Assembly: GCA_963775425.1 (NCBI GenBank)
Contig: CAVZJB010000007.1
Span: forward strand, 96,001-160,000
Direction: 5' to 3'
Length of the DNA: 64,000 bases
From: an uncultured delta proteobacterium
GTDB taxonomy: Bacteria; Myxococcota; UBA727; VGSZ01
Shown piece by piece: positions 40,486-51,533 of the stretch (position 1 is its first letter; each line of letters opens with the position of its first letter). The notes beneath the pieces were generated by a model, which worked only from the letters and a program-made list of their open reading frames with translations, was not told where the DNA came from and searched no databases. The position numbers and the translations under genes are program-made.

Positions 40486-41639
40486 TCAGCGCGAGCAGTC
40501 GCAGGTGGTGCCTGCCGGACAAGCGACCCCGTTGCAGGTGCAGCTCGAGTCGATGGCGCACTCGAGCGAGCACCCCGCGCTCGTGCAGCTCATGCCGCAC
40601 GCCGATCCCCCGTGGCAGTGCATGACGGCGTCGTTGGCGTTGTGGATGTCGGGGACTTGGCAGTTGGAGCCCGTGTCGCAGTCGATGTCGACGAGCGAGA
40701 CGCCGGACGTCGTGATGGAGCAGACCGAGCCCGCCCGGCACACGAACGTGTTGAGGTTGCCGGAGCCGGTGACGGCGAAGGTGCACGCGGAGGCCTCGCA
40801 GGTCGACTCGCTCGCGTTGATGTTGCTGATGGTGACGTCACAGGTGGACGCGCCGGTGCAGGTGACGCTCGGGTCCCCATTCATGCTGAGGTCGCCGCGG
40901 CAGGTGGCGCCGTCGCACCGGAGGTCCACGGGCCCGCCCGAGCTGTTCTCCCGCACGGTGCACGCGGCGCCCCCCGTGCACGTGCTCTCGCAGGGGCTGC
41001 CGTCGACGCAGCGGGCGACGCAGGTCTCGCAGCCGGCGCCGCAGGCGACGACCTTCTCCGCGCAGCACGGCGCGCACTGGGTGGCGCAGTCGGCCGCGCA
41101 GGGAGCGCAGCCGCCCGCGACGGGGAGGCCGAGGCAGATGTGGTCCGCCTGGCAACGGTCGCCGGAGGTGCAGGTGATGTGGTCGTCGCAGGCGGCGCCG
41201 ACGGTGGCACAGGGGACGCCCTGCCGCGTGTCGCCCTCTCCTTCGCCTTCTCCTTCGCCCTCGCCCTCTCCTTCGCCCTCGCCTTCGCCCTCGCCTTCGC
41301 CCTCTCCTTCGCCCTCGCCTTCGCCTTCGCCCTCCTCGCCTTCGCCCTCTCCTTCGCCCTCGCCTTCGCCCTCTCCTTCGCCCTCTCCTTCGCCCTCGCC
41401 TTCTCCTTCGCCCTCGCCCGGCGGGCCCGCGTCGTCGGCGTCGACGCACGCGCCGTCGACGCACGTGGTCGTGCCGGGGCACGCGTCGCCCGCGGCGCAG
41501 GCGACGGCGCACAGGCCGCGCACGCAGCGGCCGTCGGCGCAGTCGCGCCCGTCGCGACAGGGGGCGAAGCCCGCACAGAAGTGACAGCTCGCGAGGAACC
41601 CCAGCGTCATCACCAGCAGCGGGCCGAGCGCGCCACGTG

Positions 41640-41643
<4 letters not shown>
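40486..41643 (-). CDS. Cys-rich lipoprotein with (GE)n linker
   Basis: Lipobox LASC; many Cys; long GE tract; C-terminal C.G...C.(V/I).C repeats. Confidence 0.8.
41233..41418 (-). repeat. (Gly-Glu) repeat, about 30 units
   Basis: Tandem GGN-GAR hexamers with one EE interruption. Confidence 0.95.
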
Positions 41644-43817
<2,174 letters not shown>

Positions 43818-43913
43818 GGGACCCAGGATAGCGGGCCCGCGGCCGCGACACGATTTGCCGGCGGGAGATCGGCCGCGGTTGCCCCCACCCTCGGGTCCAC
43901 CGACAATGCCGCC

Positions 43914-44738
43914 GTGCGCGTGCCGCTCCCACACCGCGCCTCTCGCTGTCCGCTGGCGGTCGTCGTCGCCGCCGTCGGCCTCGCCGCGCTCCCCTCCCTC
44001 GCGGCCGACGAGCACCTGCGCCTGGGTGTGCTCGCGGTCGAGGGTGACGCGCTGCCCTTCGACGTGCGCGCCCGCATCGAGGACGACGCGCGCGCCCTCG
44101 ACCGCTTCGACGTGCAGGACAGCGCCGCCGTCGACCGCGTCGTCGCCGACGTGCACAAGGCGGGCGTGGTCTGCTCCGTCTCCACCGTCACCGCGTGCGT
44201 CAAGCTCGCCATCAACGCCGGCTTCGACCTCGTCATCGTCTCCTCGGTGATCCGCGGCGACGACGGGGAGGTCTTCACGCTCCGCCTCGTCGACGCGCGC
44301 TACGGGGCGAGCCACGTCGGCGGCCGGGTGGTGCAGGACGCCGCCGACGTCGACGCCGCGGTCGCGGCGCTGTTCAACCCCGCGCGGCCTGCGTCGGCCA
44401 CGCTCCCCGCGCCCGCGAAGCCGCCGGCCCCCGCGGCGCCGCCCCCGTCTGCGCCGCCGCCTGCCGCGCCCGTGCCCCGCGCCGGGCACGGGCAGGCGTT
44501 CCTGGCCGGCACGCTCGCCGGCGTCGCCGGCGTCGCCGCCCTCGGCTGCGGCGCCGCCGCGGGCGTCTACGAGGCGCAGGCCGGGGCGACGTTGGCGGCG
44601 TGGCAGGGCGGCGCGCCCGTCGACGGCGCCGAGCTCGAGGGGGTCGAGGCCGCGGAGGAGGCGTTCGGCGCGTGCGCCGTGGTCGCCGGCGCCCTGGCGG
44701 TGGCGGGCGGCGTGGCGGCCTTCGCGCTCGCGGAGTGA
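43914..44738 (+). CDS. Hypothetical exported/membrane protein
   Basis: Signal peptide, C.....C module, Pro-rich linker, two hydrophobic C-terminal segments. Confidence 0.7.
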   Translation: MRVPLPHRASRCPLAVVVAAVGLAALPSLAADEHLRLGVLAVEGDALPFDVRARIEDDARALDRFDVQDSAAVDRVVADVHKAGVVCSVSTVTACVKLAINAGFDLVIVSSVIRGDDGEVFTLRLVDARYGASHVGGRVVQDAADVDAAVAALFNPARPASATLPAPAKPPAPAAPPPSAPPPAAPVPRAGHGQAFLAGTLAGVAGVAALGCGAAAGVYEAQAGATLAAWQGGAPVDGAELEGVEAAEEAFGACAVVAGALAVAGGVAAFALAE

Positions 44739-44809
44739 GGGACCCCACGCCACGAAGCGTGCGGTCTCCACCAGGATCACACTTCGCACACACGGTCGGA
44801 CGCGCGATC

Positions 44810-46822
44810 ATGACGCATCCCGCGGGCACGGCGGTTGCGCTACCGGCGGCCAAGATGCCGTCATTTCACGATTTCTTCGAGGTCCTTACCACCGGCGTCG
44901 CGGTCGCCGCGATCGCCGGCTGCGTCGCCCTCCTGCGCCGCGGACGCACGCGCGACGCCGCGCTGCTGGACTCGGAGCGGCGCTTCGCACAGGTGTTCCG
45001 GGCGATGCCCGTCGGCCTGACCATCGTGCGGCGCGGCGGCGAGCGCGAGTGGCTCGAGGTGAACGACGCCTTCGCCCGGCTCCTCGGCCGCCGGCGCGCC
45101 GATCTGATTGGCATGAACACCGGCGCCATCGGCCTGATGCCCGCCGACGAGCTCGCGCAGTTGCGCGCCGAGTACGACGCCCACGGCGGACGCCTCCGCG
45201 CGCGCGGCTGCACCTTCCGGGTGCGCGGCGGTGAGGAGCGCCGGGTGCTGTTCTCGTCGGAGCCGATCGTCCTCGACGGCGAGGAGGTGCTCCTGACGAT
45301 GTCGCTCGACGTCACCGACGCGGTCGAGGCCGAGGAGCAGCGCCGCGCCAGCGACGAGCGCTTCCGCCAGATCGCCGAGGGCATCAAGGAGGTGTTCTGG
45401 CTGACGTCACCGAGCCTCGACCGCGTCTTCTACGTGAGCCCGTCGTACGAGACGGTGTGGGGCCTGTCCGCGGAGGACCTCTACGCGTCGCCGCGCTCGT
45501 GGATGGAAGCCATCCACCCCGACGACCGCGAGCGCGTGCGCACCTGCGCGCGCCCCGACGGGGTCTACGCCGCCGACTATCGCATCGTCCGCCCCGACGG
45601 CAGCGTGCGCTTCATCCACGACCGCGGCTTCCCCGTGAAGAACGAAGCCGGTGACGTCATCCGCATCGCGGGCTTCGCCGAGGATGTCACCGAGAGCCGG
45701 AAGCTCGAGGACGAGATGCGTGAAGCGCAGAAGATGGAGTGCGTCGGCCGCCTCGCCGGCGGCGTCGCGCACGACTTCAACAACCTCCTCACCGTGATCG
45801 CCTCCGCGGTGGAGGTGCTCGACGAGAGCCTGGACGACGAAGGCCGCGAGGTCCTCGACGAAGTGCGGCAGGCGGTGACGCGCGCGGGCTCGCTGACCCG
45901 CCAGCTCCTCGCGTTTTCGCGTCACCAGATCGTGGAGCCGCGGGTGCTCGACCTGAACGCGCTCGTCGCCGACACCGAGAAGCTGCTGCGCCGCTTGGTG
46001 GGCGAGGACATCGCGGTGGAGACCGACCTCAGCGAGGAGCCGTGTCACGTGTGCTTCGACGCGGGGCAGCTCGTGCAGGTGCTGATGAACCTCGCGGTCA
46101 ACGCGCGCGACGCCATGCCCGGCGGCGGCACGCTGACCTTCTCCACGCACGTGAGCGACGCAGGGCCCGTGCTCAGCGTGAAGGACACGGGCACGGGGAT
46201 GTCCGCGGAGGTCCTCTCGCGCATCTTCGAGCCGTTCTTCACCACCAAGGGCGTGGGCGAGGGCACGGGGCTCGGGCTCGCCGTCATCCGCGGCATCGTG
46301 GACCAGGCCGGCGGCTCCATCGACGTCGACACCGCCCCCGGCGCCGGCGCCACGTTCCACATCAGCTTGCCCTGCGCCGCCCGCGAGGCGCCGCGGCCCG
46401 CGCCGCGGCCGAGGCGCGCGCGGCTGTTCGAGAGCGCTCACGTCCTGGTCGTGGAGGACGACGCCTCGGTGCGCAAGCTCACCGCGCGGATCCTCAGGGA
46501 GCACGGCTTCTCGGTGGAGACCGCCGCCGACGGAGAGGAAGCGATGCGCGTGCTCGCCCTGCAACAACCCGTCGACCTCCTCGTCACCGACGTCGTCATG
46601 CCCGGGATCAACGGCCGCGAGCTCGCCGACGCCGCGCGCCGCGTCCGCGGCGGCCTCGGGGTCCTCTACGTCAGCGGCTACACCGACGACGAGGTCCTGC
46701 GCCGCGGCGTGGTGCACCACGAGGTGGACCTGTTGCAAAAGCCCTTCAGCCGGGAGGAGCTCGTGGCGCGGGTCTGCCGCGTCCTCGACGGAAAGACGGG
46801 GTTGCGCACCGCGGAGGCGTGA
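44810..46822 (+). CDS. Hybrid PAS histidine kinase / response regulator
   Basis: PAS (IHPDDRERV), GGVAHDFNNLL, NARDAM, FEPFFTTK, GTGLGL, receiver LLVTDVVMP; start may be 44855. Confidence 0.94.
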   Translation: MTHPAGTAVALPAAKMPSFHDFFEVLTTGVAVAAIAGCVALLRRGRTRDAALLDSERRFAQVFRAMPVGLTIVRRGGEREWLEVNDAFARLLGRRRADLIGMNTGAIGLMPADELAQLRAEYDAHGGRLRARGCTFRVRGGEERRVLFSSEPIVLDGEEVLLTMSLDVTDAVEAEEQRRASDERFRQIAEGIKEVFWLTSPSLDRVFYVSPSYETVWGLSAEDLYASPRSWMEAIHPDDRERVRTCARPDGVYAADYRIVRPDGSVRFIHDRGFPVKNEAGDVIRIAGFAEDVTESRKLEDEMREAQKMECVGRLAGGVAHDFNNLLTVIASAVEVLDESLDDEGREVLDEVRQAVTRAGSLTRQLLAFSRHQIVEPRVLDLNALVADTEKLLRRLVGEDIAVETDLSEEPCHVCFDAGQLVQVLMNLAVNARDAMPGGGTLTFSTHVSDAGPVLSVKDTGTGMSAEVLSRIFEPFFTTKGVGEGTGLGLAVIRGIVDQAGGSIDVDTAPGAGATFHISLPCAAREAPRPAPRPRRARLFESAHVLVVEDDASVRKLTARILREHGFSVETAADGEEAMRVLALQQPVDLLVTDVVMPGINGRELADAARRVRGGLGVLYVSGYTDDEVLRRGVVHHEVDLLQKPFSREELVARVCRVLDGKTGLRTAEA

Positions 46823-46932
46823 TCTACCTCGCCCCGCAGCGGCGCCGTCCATAGACAGCCACCGGTCCGCCCCGTCGAGGTCGAGGGGGACAAGGTCCGG
46901 AGGCGACGGGGCCCGAAGAAGGAACGTAGACC

Positions 46933-47544
46933 ATGTCTCGCTACACGGGGCCCCGCCTCAAGATCATCCGCCGCCTCGGCACCCCCATCCCCGGTCTCAT
47001 GCGCACGGACCCGGACCTGCGCCGCCCGTATCCGCCCGGCCAGCACGGCCCCACCAAGCGCAAGAAGCTCAGCGACTACGCGCTCCGCCTCATGGAGAAG
47101 CAGAAGCTGCGCTTTCACTACGGGCTGTCGGAGCGCCAGCTCCGCCGCTACGTCGCCGAGGCCTTCGCCGGCAAGGGCAACTCGGGGCACATCCTGCTCC
47201 AGCTCCTCGAGCGCCGCCTCGACAACGTCGTGTTCCGCGCGGGCTTCGCGCCCACCATGGCGTCGGCGCGGCAGATGGTGCTCCACCGTCACATCACGGT
47301 GAACGGCAAGCGCGTCAACATCCCGTCGTACCAGGTGCGCCCGGGTGACAGCATCCAGCCGCACGAGAAGTCCAAGATGAAGGACAAGGTCGGCGAGGCG
47401 CAGAAGGACCCGAACAACCTGAAGGTCCCCGACTACCTCGATGCCGGCGACGGCGCGGCCAAGATGAAGATGCTGCCCGAGCGCGACGCCGTGCCGCTCG
47501 ACCTCGATCCCCAGCTCATCGTCGAGTACTACTCCGGCAAGTAG
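46933..47544 (+). CDS. rpsD: 30S ribosomal protein S4, Cys-free form
   Basis: MSRYTGP.., PPGQHG, EKQKLR..YG, LERRLDNVVFR.GFA, IVEYYS. Confidence 0.97.
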   Translation: MSRYTGPRLKIIRRLGTPIPGLMRTDPDLRRPYPPGQHGPTKRKKLSDYALRLMEKQKLRFHYGLSERQLRRYVAEAFAGKGNSGHILLQLLERRLDNVVFRAGFAPTMASARQMVLHRHITVNGKRVNIPSYQVRPGDSIQPHEKSKMKDKVGEAQKDPNNLKVPDYLDAGDGAAKMKMLPERDAVPLDLDPQLIVEYYSGK

Positions 47545-47551
47545 CCTCGCC

Positions 47552-47597
47552 CCCCGGGTCGCGGCAGGCCTCCGGGTGCCTGCCGGCGACGCCGGGG
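47552..47597. terminator. GC-rich stem-loop after rpsD
   Basis: CCCCGG-GTCG-CGGCAGGC pairs with GCCTGCCG-GCGAC-CCGGGG; no clear U tract. Confidence 0.45.
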
Positions 47598-47639
47598 AAA
47601 GACGTTGACGTCGGCGCCCTCCCGTCGCAGACACGGGGC

Positions 47640-48374
47640 ATGGGCTCCGACGTCATCGCCGTCAAGATCGCGGAAGCAGGTGAGGTCCCGTCGTCGTCGC
47701 TGTGGGCGACGGTGACGCACTCGGGTCCGCTCGCCTTCGCCGTGTTGCTCCTCCTCGTCGGTTTCTCCGTCGTGTCGTGGGGCATCATCCTCGTGAAGTG
47801 GCTGGCCATCCGCCAGGCGGGCAAGTCGAGCCTCGACTTCCTCGAGCTGTTTTGGCAGAGCAAGCGCCTCGACGAGATCTTCGGCAAGGCCGAGCAGATG
47901 CCCAACGCGCCGCTCGCGCAGGTGTTCCGCGCCGGCTACCAGGAGCTCGTCAAGGTCAAGCAGCGCGAGCAGAAAGAGAAGCACGACGCGGCGGAGAAGC
48001 CGCAGATCTCCGGCGGCGTCGAGAACGTCGAGCGCGCGCTGCGCCGCGCCGCCACCGCGGAGATGACGGAGCTCGAGCGCCTCATCCCGTTCCTCGCCAC
48101 GGTGGGCTCCACGTCACCGTTCATCGGCCTGTTCGGCACCGTGGTCGGCATCATGAAGTCCTTCGCCGAGATCGGCGCCAAGGGCTCCGCCAACCTCGCC
48201 ACCGTCGCCCCCGGCATCGCCGAGGCGCTCATCGCCACCGCCGCCGGCCTGATGGCGGCCATCCCTGCGGTCATCGCGTTCAACTTCTTCGGCAGCCGCA
48301 TCAAGGTGCTCGGCGCGGAGATGGAGAACTTCTCGCACGACTTCATGAACATCGTGCGCCGCCACTTCTTCTGA
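47640..48374 (+). CDS. tolQ: TolQ (MotA/TolQ/ExbB family)
   Basis: SVVSWGII, FLATVGSTSPFIGLFGTVVGIM, VAPGIAEALIATAAGL..AIPAV. Confidence 0.9.
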   Translation: MGSDVIAVKIAEAGEVPSSSLWATVTHSGPLAFAVLLLLVGFSVVSWGIILVKWLAIRQAGKSSLDFLELFWQSKRLDEIFGKAEQMPNAPLAQVFRAGYQELVKVKQREQKEKHDAAEKPQISGGVENVERALRRAATAEMTELERLIPFLATVGSTSPFIGLFGTVVGIMKSFAEIGAKGSANLATVAPGIAEALIATAAGLMAAIPAVIAFNFFGSRIKVLGAEMENFSHDFMNIVRRHFF

Positions 48375-48417
48375 TCAAGCGACCGGACGGAGCGGCCGCG
48401 CTGAGTCGAGGCGTACG

Positions 48418-49101
48418 TCAGCGATCGGGCGCGTCTTCGAGGGCGGTCTTGGCGGCGCCGCCGGCGACGATGCCGGCGACCGCCTCGCCGAGGAGGAGCC
48501 CCGCCGTGACGCCGGGCGCCACCACCGCGGTGACGACGAGCGCGGTGAACGTCGCGAGCCCCCAGGAGCGCTCGTCGCGGGCGAAGCGCACGAGGCGGTT
48601 CGAGAGGCCGCTGGCGAGCCGCTCCAGCGCGGCGCGCGCCTCCGCGGCCTTCCGCGACGACGACGGTCGCGACGAGGGGGCCCGCCCGTCGGCCGGCACC
48701 TCCCTGGCCGCCACCCAGACGGCGATGCGCGCCCGCAGCCCGGGGTGCTCCGAGGTCACCGCGCGATAGGTCTGGTCGTCGATGAGCCCACCCTCGAACG
48801 CGAGCCGGGCGTCCTCGATGCGGCGCGCGAGGCTGGTCTCGACCGCGACGGCGGCGGCGAGCTCCTTCACCGCGCGCTTGGCGTCGCGCGCCTCGCCCCA
48901 CGACAGCCCGCCCGTCGCAATCTCGTCTTGCGCGCGCCGGATGATCTTTCGCGCTACGCGCCGCTCGTCCGCCGTGATGGTGCCGGAGCCGAAGATGCGC
49001 CGGAGCTGCTTTGCGCTCACGAGCTGCTTGTCGACGAGCGCGGCGCCCGCCTTCTCCAGATTCACGCGCGCCGTCGACGGCGGCACAGCGCCGATCTTCA
49101 C
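48418..49101 (-). CDS. Hypothetical protein with C-terminal hydrophobic segments
   Basis: Plausible ORF; GTGA overlap with the upstream gene. Confidence 0.6.
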   Translation of the reverse strand: MKIGAVPPSTARVNLEKAGAALVDKQLVSAKQLRRIFGSGTITADERRVARKIIRRAQDEIATGGLSWGEARDAKRAVKELAAAVAVETSLARRIEDARLAFEGGLIDDQTYRAVTSEHPGLRARIAVWVAAREVPADGRAPSSRPSSSRKAAEARAALERLASGLSNRLVRFARDERSWGLATFTALVVTAVVAPGVTAGLLLGEAVAGIVAGGAAKTALEDAPDR

Positions 49102-49535
49102 GAGCCGCTCTTCTTCCTGGAATCGATCGCGGTCTGAAGGGGCGAGGCCGCGCCCGGCGCCGGCCCACCCGCGCCCACCGGTGTCATCGACGACACCTCG
49201 CCGATGAGCGCCCGGGCGCGCGCGCGTCCCTCTTCGCCCTTGCCGTGCCCGAGCACGATCTCGGCGCGCTCGAAATCACCGAGCGCGATTGCGGCGAGCG
49301 CGCTCAACTGCATGATGGCATCGTCGAATTCGTCGCGGGCTTCGCCGGCGGCGCGCACGGCGAGCCCCACGAGCTCCTCGGCGAGGCGCTCCGCGCGCCC
49401 GCCCACGGCGGCGCGGGCGATGGCGGCGGCGTGCTCCCGAAGCGGGCCGTCGTCGATGCGCACGGCGCCGTCTCGATGCTCGATGCTCGCGGCGACGGCG
49501 CGAACCAGCTCGTCCATGGTTTCGTCAGCGTCCAT
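49098..49535 (-). CDS. Hypothetical helical protein
   Basis: GAGGT RBS before MDADETMD; coupled to the downstream gene. Confidence 0.6.
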   Translation of the reverse strand: MDADETMDELVRAVAASIEHRDGAVRIDDGPLREHAAAIARAAVGGRAERLAEELVGLAVRAAGEARDEFDDAIMQLSALAAIALGDFERAEIVLGHGKGEEGRARARALIGEVSSMTPVGAGGPAPGAASPLQTAIDSRKKSGS

Positions 49536-49571
49536 GCACCTCGAGCATGGCACATGCGCTAACTTTCGCGC

Positions 49572-50915
49572 ATGTCCCACGACACGTTCGCGCTGCACAC
49601 CGACCTGTACCAACTCACCATGCTGGCCTCGTACTTTCACCAGGGGCGGCATCAGGAGCCCGCGGTGTGCGAGATGTTCGTTCGCCGCCTCCCGAAGAAC
49701 CGCCGCTTCCTCGTGGCCGCGGGCCTCGAAAAGGCCTTGCATTACCTCGAGGGGCTGCGCTTCACGGACGCGCAGATCGAGCGGCTGAAGGACGTCGCCG
49801 GCTTTCGCAAAGCGATGACGCAGTCGTTCGTCGAGTACCTGCGCAGCTTCCGCTTCACCGGCGACGTCGACGCCATGCCCGAGGGCACGGTGGCCTTCGA
49901 GAACGAGCCGCTGCTGCGCGTGCATGCCCCGCTCGGCGAGGCCCAGCTCGTCGAGACGTTCCTCCTGTCGGCCATCAATCACCAGACGATGATCGCGTCC
50001 AAGGCCGCGCGCGTGGTGCTCTCGCTGAAGGGCCGCACGGCGCTCGAGTTCGGCACGCGGCGCACGCACCCCGAGGCCGCCGTCGACGTCGCCCGCGCCA
50101 CATACATCGCCGGCTTCGACGCCAGCAGCAACGTCGAGGCGTTCGACGCGTTCGGCGTGCCCGCGCGCGGCACCATGGCGCACATGTACATCATGGGGTC
50201 GTCGTCGGAGCGCGACGCGTTCGCGCGCTACGCCCAACTGTTCGAGCGCTCGACGTACCTCGTGGACACCTACGACACGCTCGAGGGCGTGAAGAACGCG
50301 CTCGACGTCGTCGGCGAAGGCGTCGCCGCCGTTCGCCTCGACTCCGGCGACCTGGCCAAGCTCTCACGGGAGGTGCGGGCGCTGCTCAAGGCGCGCGGGC
50401 GGGAGGACGTGAAGATCGTGCTGTCCAGCGACCTCGACGAGTACGCCATCACCCGCCTCCTGGGCGACGGCGACTTCGACGTCGCCGGCGTCGGCACGCG
50501 CGTGGCCACGAGCGACGACGCCCCCTACCTCGGCGGTGTGTACAAGCTCGTGATGATCGGAGACCGCCCGGTGGCCAAGTTCTCCGAGAGCAAGGTGACC
50601 TACCCCGGCGCGCATCAGGTCTACCGCGCCGAGAAGGACGGCCGCTTCAGCGGCGACTCCGTCGGCCTGTTGAAGGAACCGTCGTTCGCGTTCGTGAGCA
50701 CCGAGCCGCTGCTCGTGCCGGCGATGCGCGCCGGCGAGGTCTGCCACGCCGAGGACATCCACAAGATGCGCGCGCGCTGCCGCGAGCACATCGCGAAGCT
50801 CCCCGACGAGCTGAAGGCCGTCGAGCGCACCGAGCGCCACGAGAGCCTGTATCCGGTGCGGCCGTCGGAGCAGCTCATGAAGCTCCTCGACGACGTCAAG
50901 CGCACGGAACACTGA
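49572..50915 (+). CDS. pncB: Nicotinate phosphoribosyltransferase
   Basis: TDLYQLTM, EFGTRR, GTMAH, VDTYDT, VRLDSGD, GVGT, GVYKL. Confidence 0.96.
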   Translation: MSHDTFALHTDLYQLTMLASYFHQGRHQEPAVCEMFVRRLPKNRRFLVAAGLEKALHYLEGLRFTDAQIERLKDVAGFRKAMTQSFVEYLRSFRFTGDVDAMPEGTVAFENEPLLRVHAPLGEAQLVETFLLSAINHQTMIASKAARVVLSLKGRTALEFGTRRTHPEAAVDVARATYIAGFDASSNVEAFDAFGVPARGTMAHMYIMGSSSERDAFARYAQLFERSTYLVDTYDTLEGVKNALDVVGEGVAAVRLDSGDLAKLSREVRALLKARGREDVKIVLSSDLDEYAITRLLGDGDFDVAGVGTRVATSDDAPYLGGVYKLVMIGDRPVAKFSESKVTYPGAHQVYRAEKDGRFSGDSVGLLKEPSFAFVSTEPLLVPAMRAGEVCHAEDIHKMRARCREHIAKLPDELKAVERTERHESLYPVRPSEQLMKLLDDVKRTEH

Positions 50916-50917
50916 AA

Positions 50918-51345
50918 GGCTGACGAAAAACAGGGCTCGTAGCAGCACTCGGCGAAGCCGCCCACAAGGTGGCTCGCGTCGGCGCGCAAGAACCGCTGCA
51001 GGTTGTGAGGAAACGGCGGGTCCGAGCGGTGTTGTGATCCCGCTATCAGCGCACGTGGCGGGTTCGTGCGGGTCGTGTGCGCGCGGACTTCAGGCGGTGA
51101 GCTTCGCGAGGTTCTGCAGCAGGTTGAAGGCCACGGCTGCCATCAGGGCGACCGAGCCGGGTGCTCGGGGCCGATGAGGTCGTCCACGGCCTGGGTCTTC
51201 AGCTCAACCTGTCGCCGTTCAGGTTCCTGGATTCGCACGCGGCGCTTGAGCTTCACCGTGCAAGGTGGATCAGCTCGAGCCGCACTTTTGGCGCGCAAAT
51301 CTCGGTGAGTTGCGAGTGCTTGGGCGCTCGGAATCAGCGAAGGCT
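50918..51345 (-). mobile_element. Internally deleted IS1182-family element (non-autonomous remnant); boundaries approximate
   Basis: Minus strand 51256-51152 reads VKLKRRVRIQEPERRQVELKTQAVDDLIGPEHPAR and 51152-51090 reads VALMAAVAFNLLQNLAKLTA-stop, resembling the N- and C-termini of IS1182 transposases; end-like TTTTTCGTCAGCC near 50919-50931; lower GC. Confidence 0.7.
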
Positions 51346-51363
51346 AGACAACGTCGCCACCGC

Positions 51364-51452
51364 CGGAGCGGAAAGGAGCGGAGAGCTCGGCGCCCCGGCG
51401 CTCAACTCGGCGCGCGTCTTCGTCGCCGAGCGCGGAGCTCCTTTCCGCTCCG
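51364..51452. repeat. Long inverted repeat / REP-like hairpin
   Basis: Perfect 16-bp arms 51364-51379 / 51437-51452 plus inner 8-bp arms 51385-51392 / 51424-51431. Confidence 0.85.
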
Positions 51453-51533
51453 CCGTGTGGCCGTAGCACCGTCCCCTTCCGGGTGGCTCGGAGCACGCAC
51501 GTGCCCTTTCCGACGCGGGGGACAAGCCGCGCC

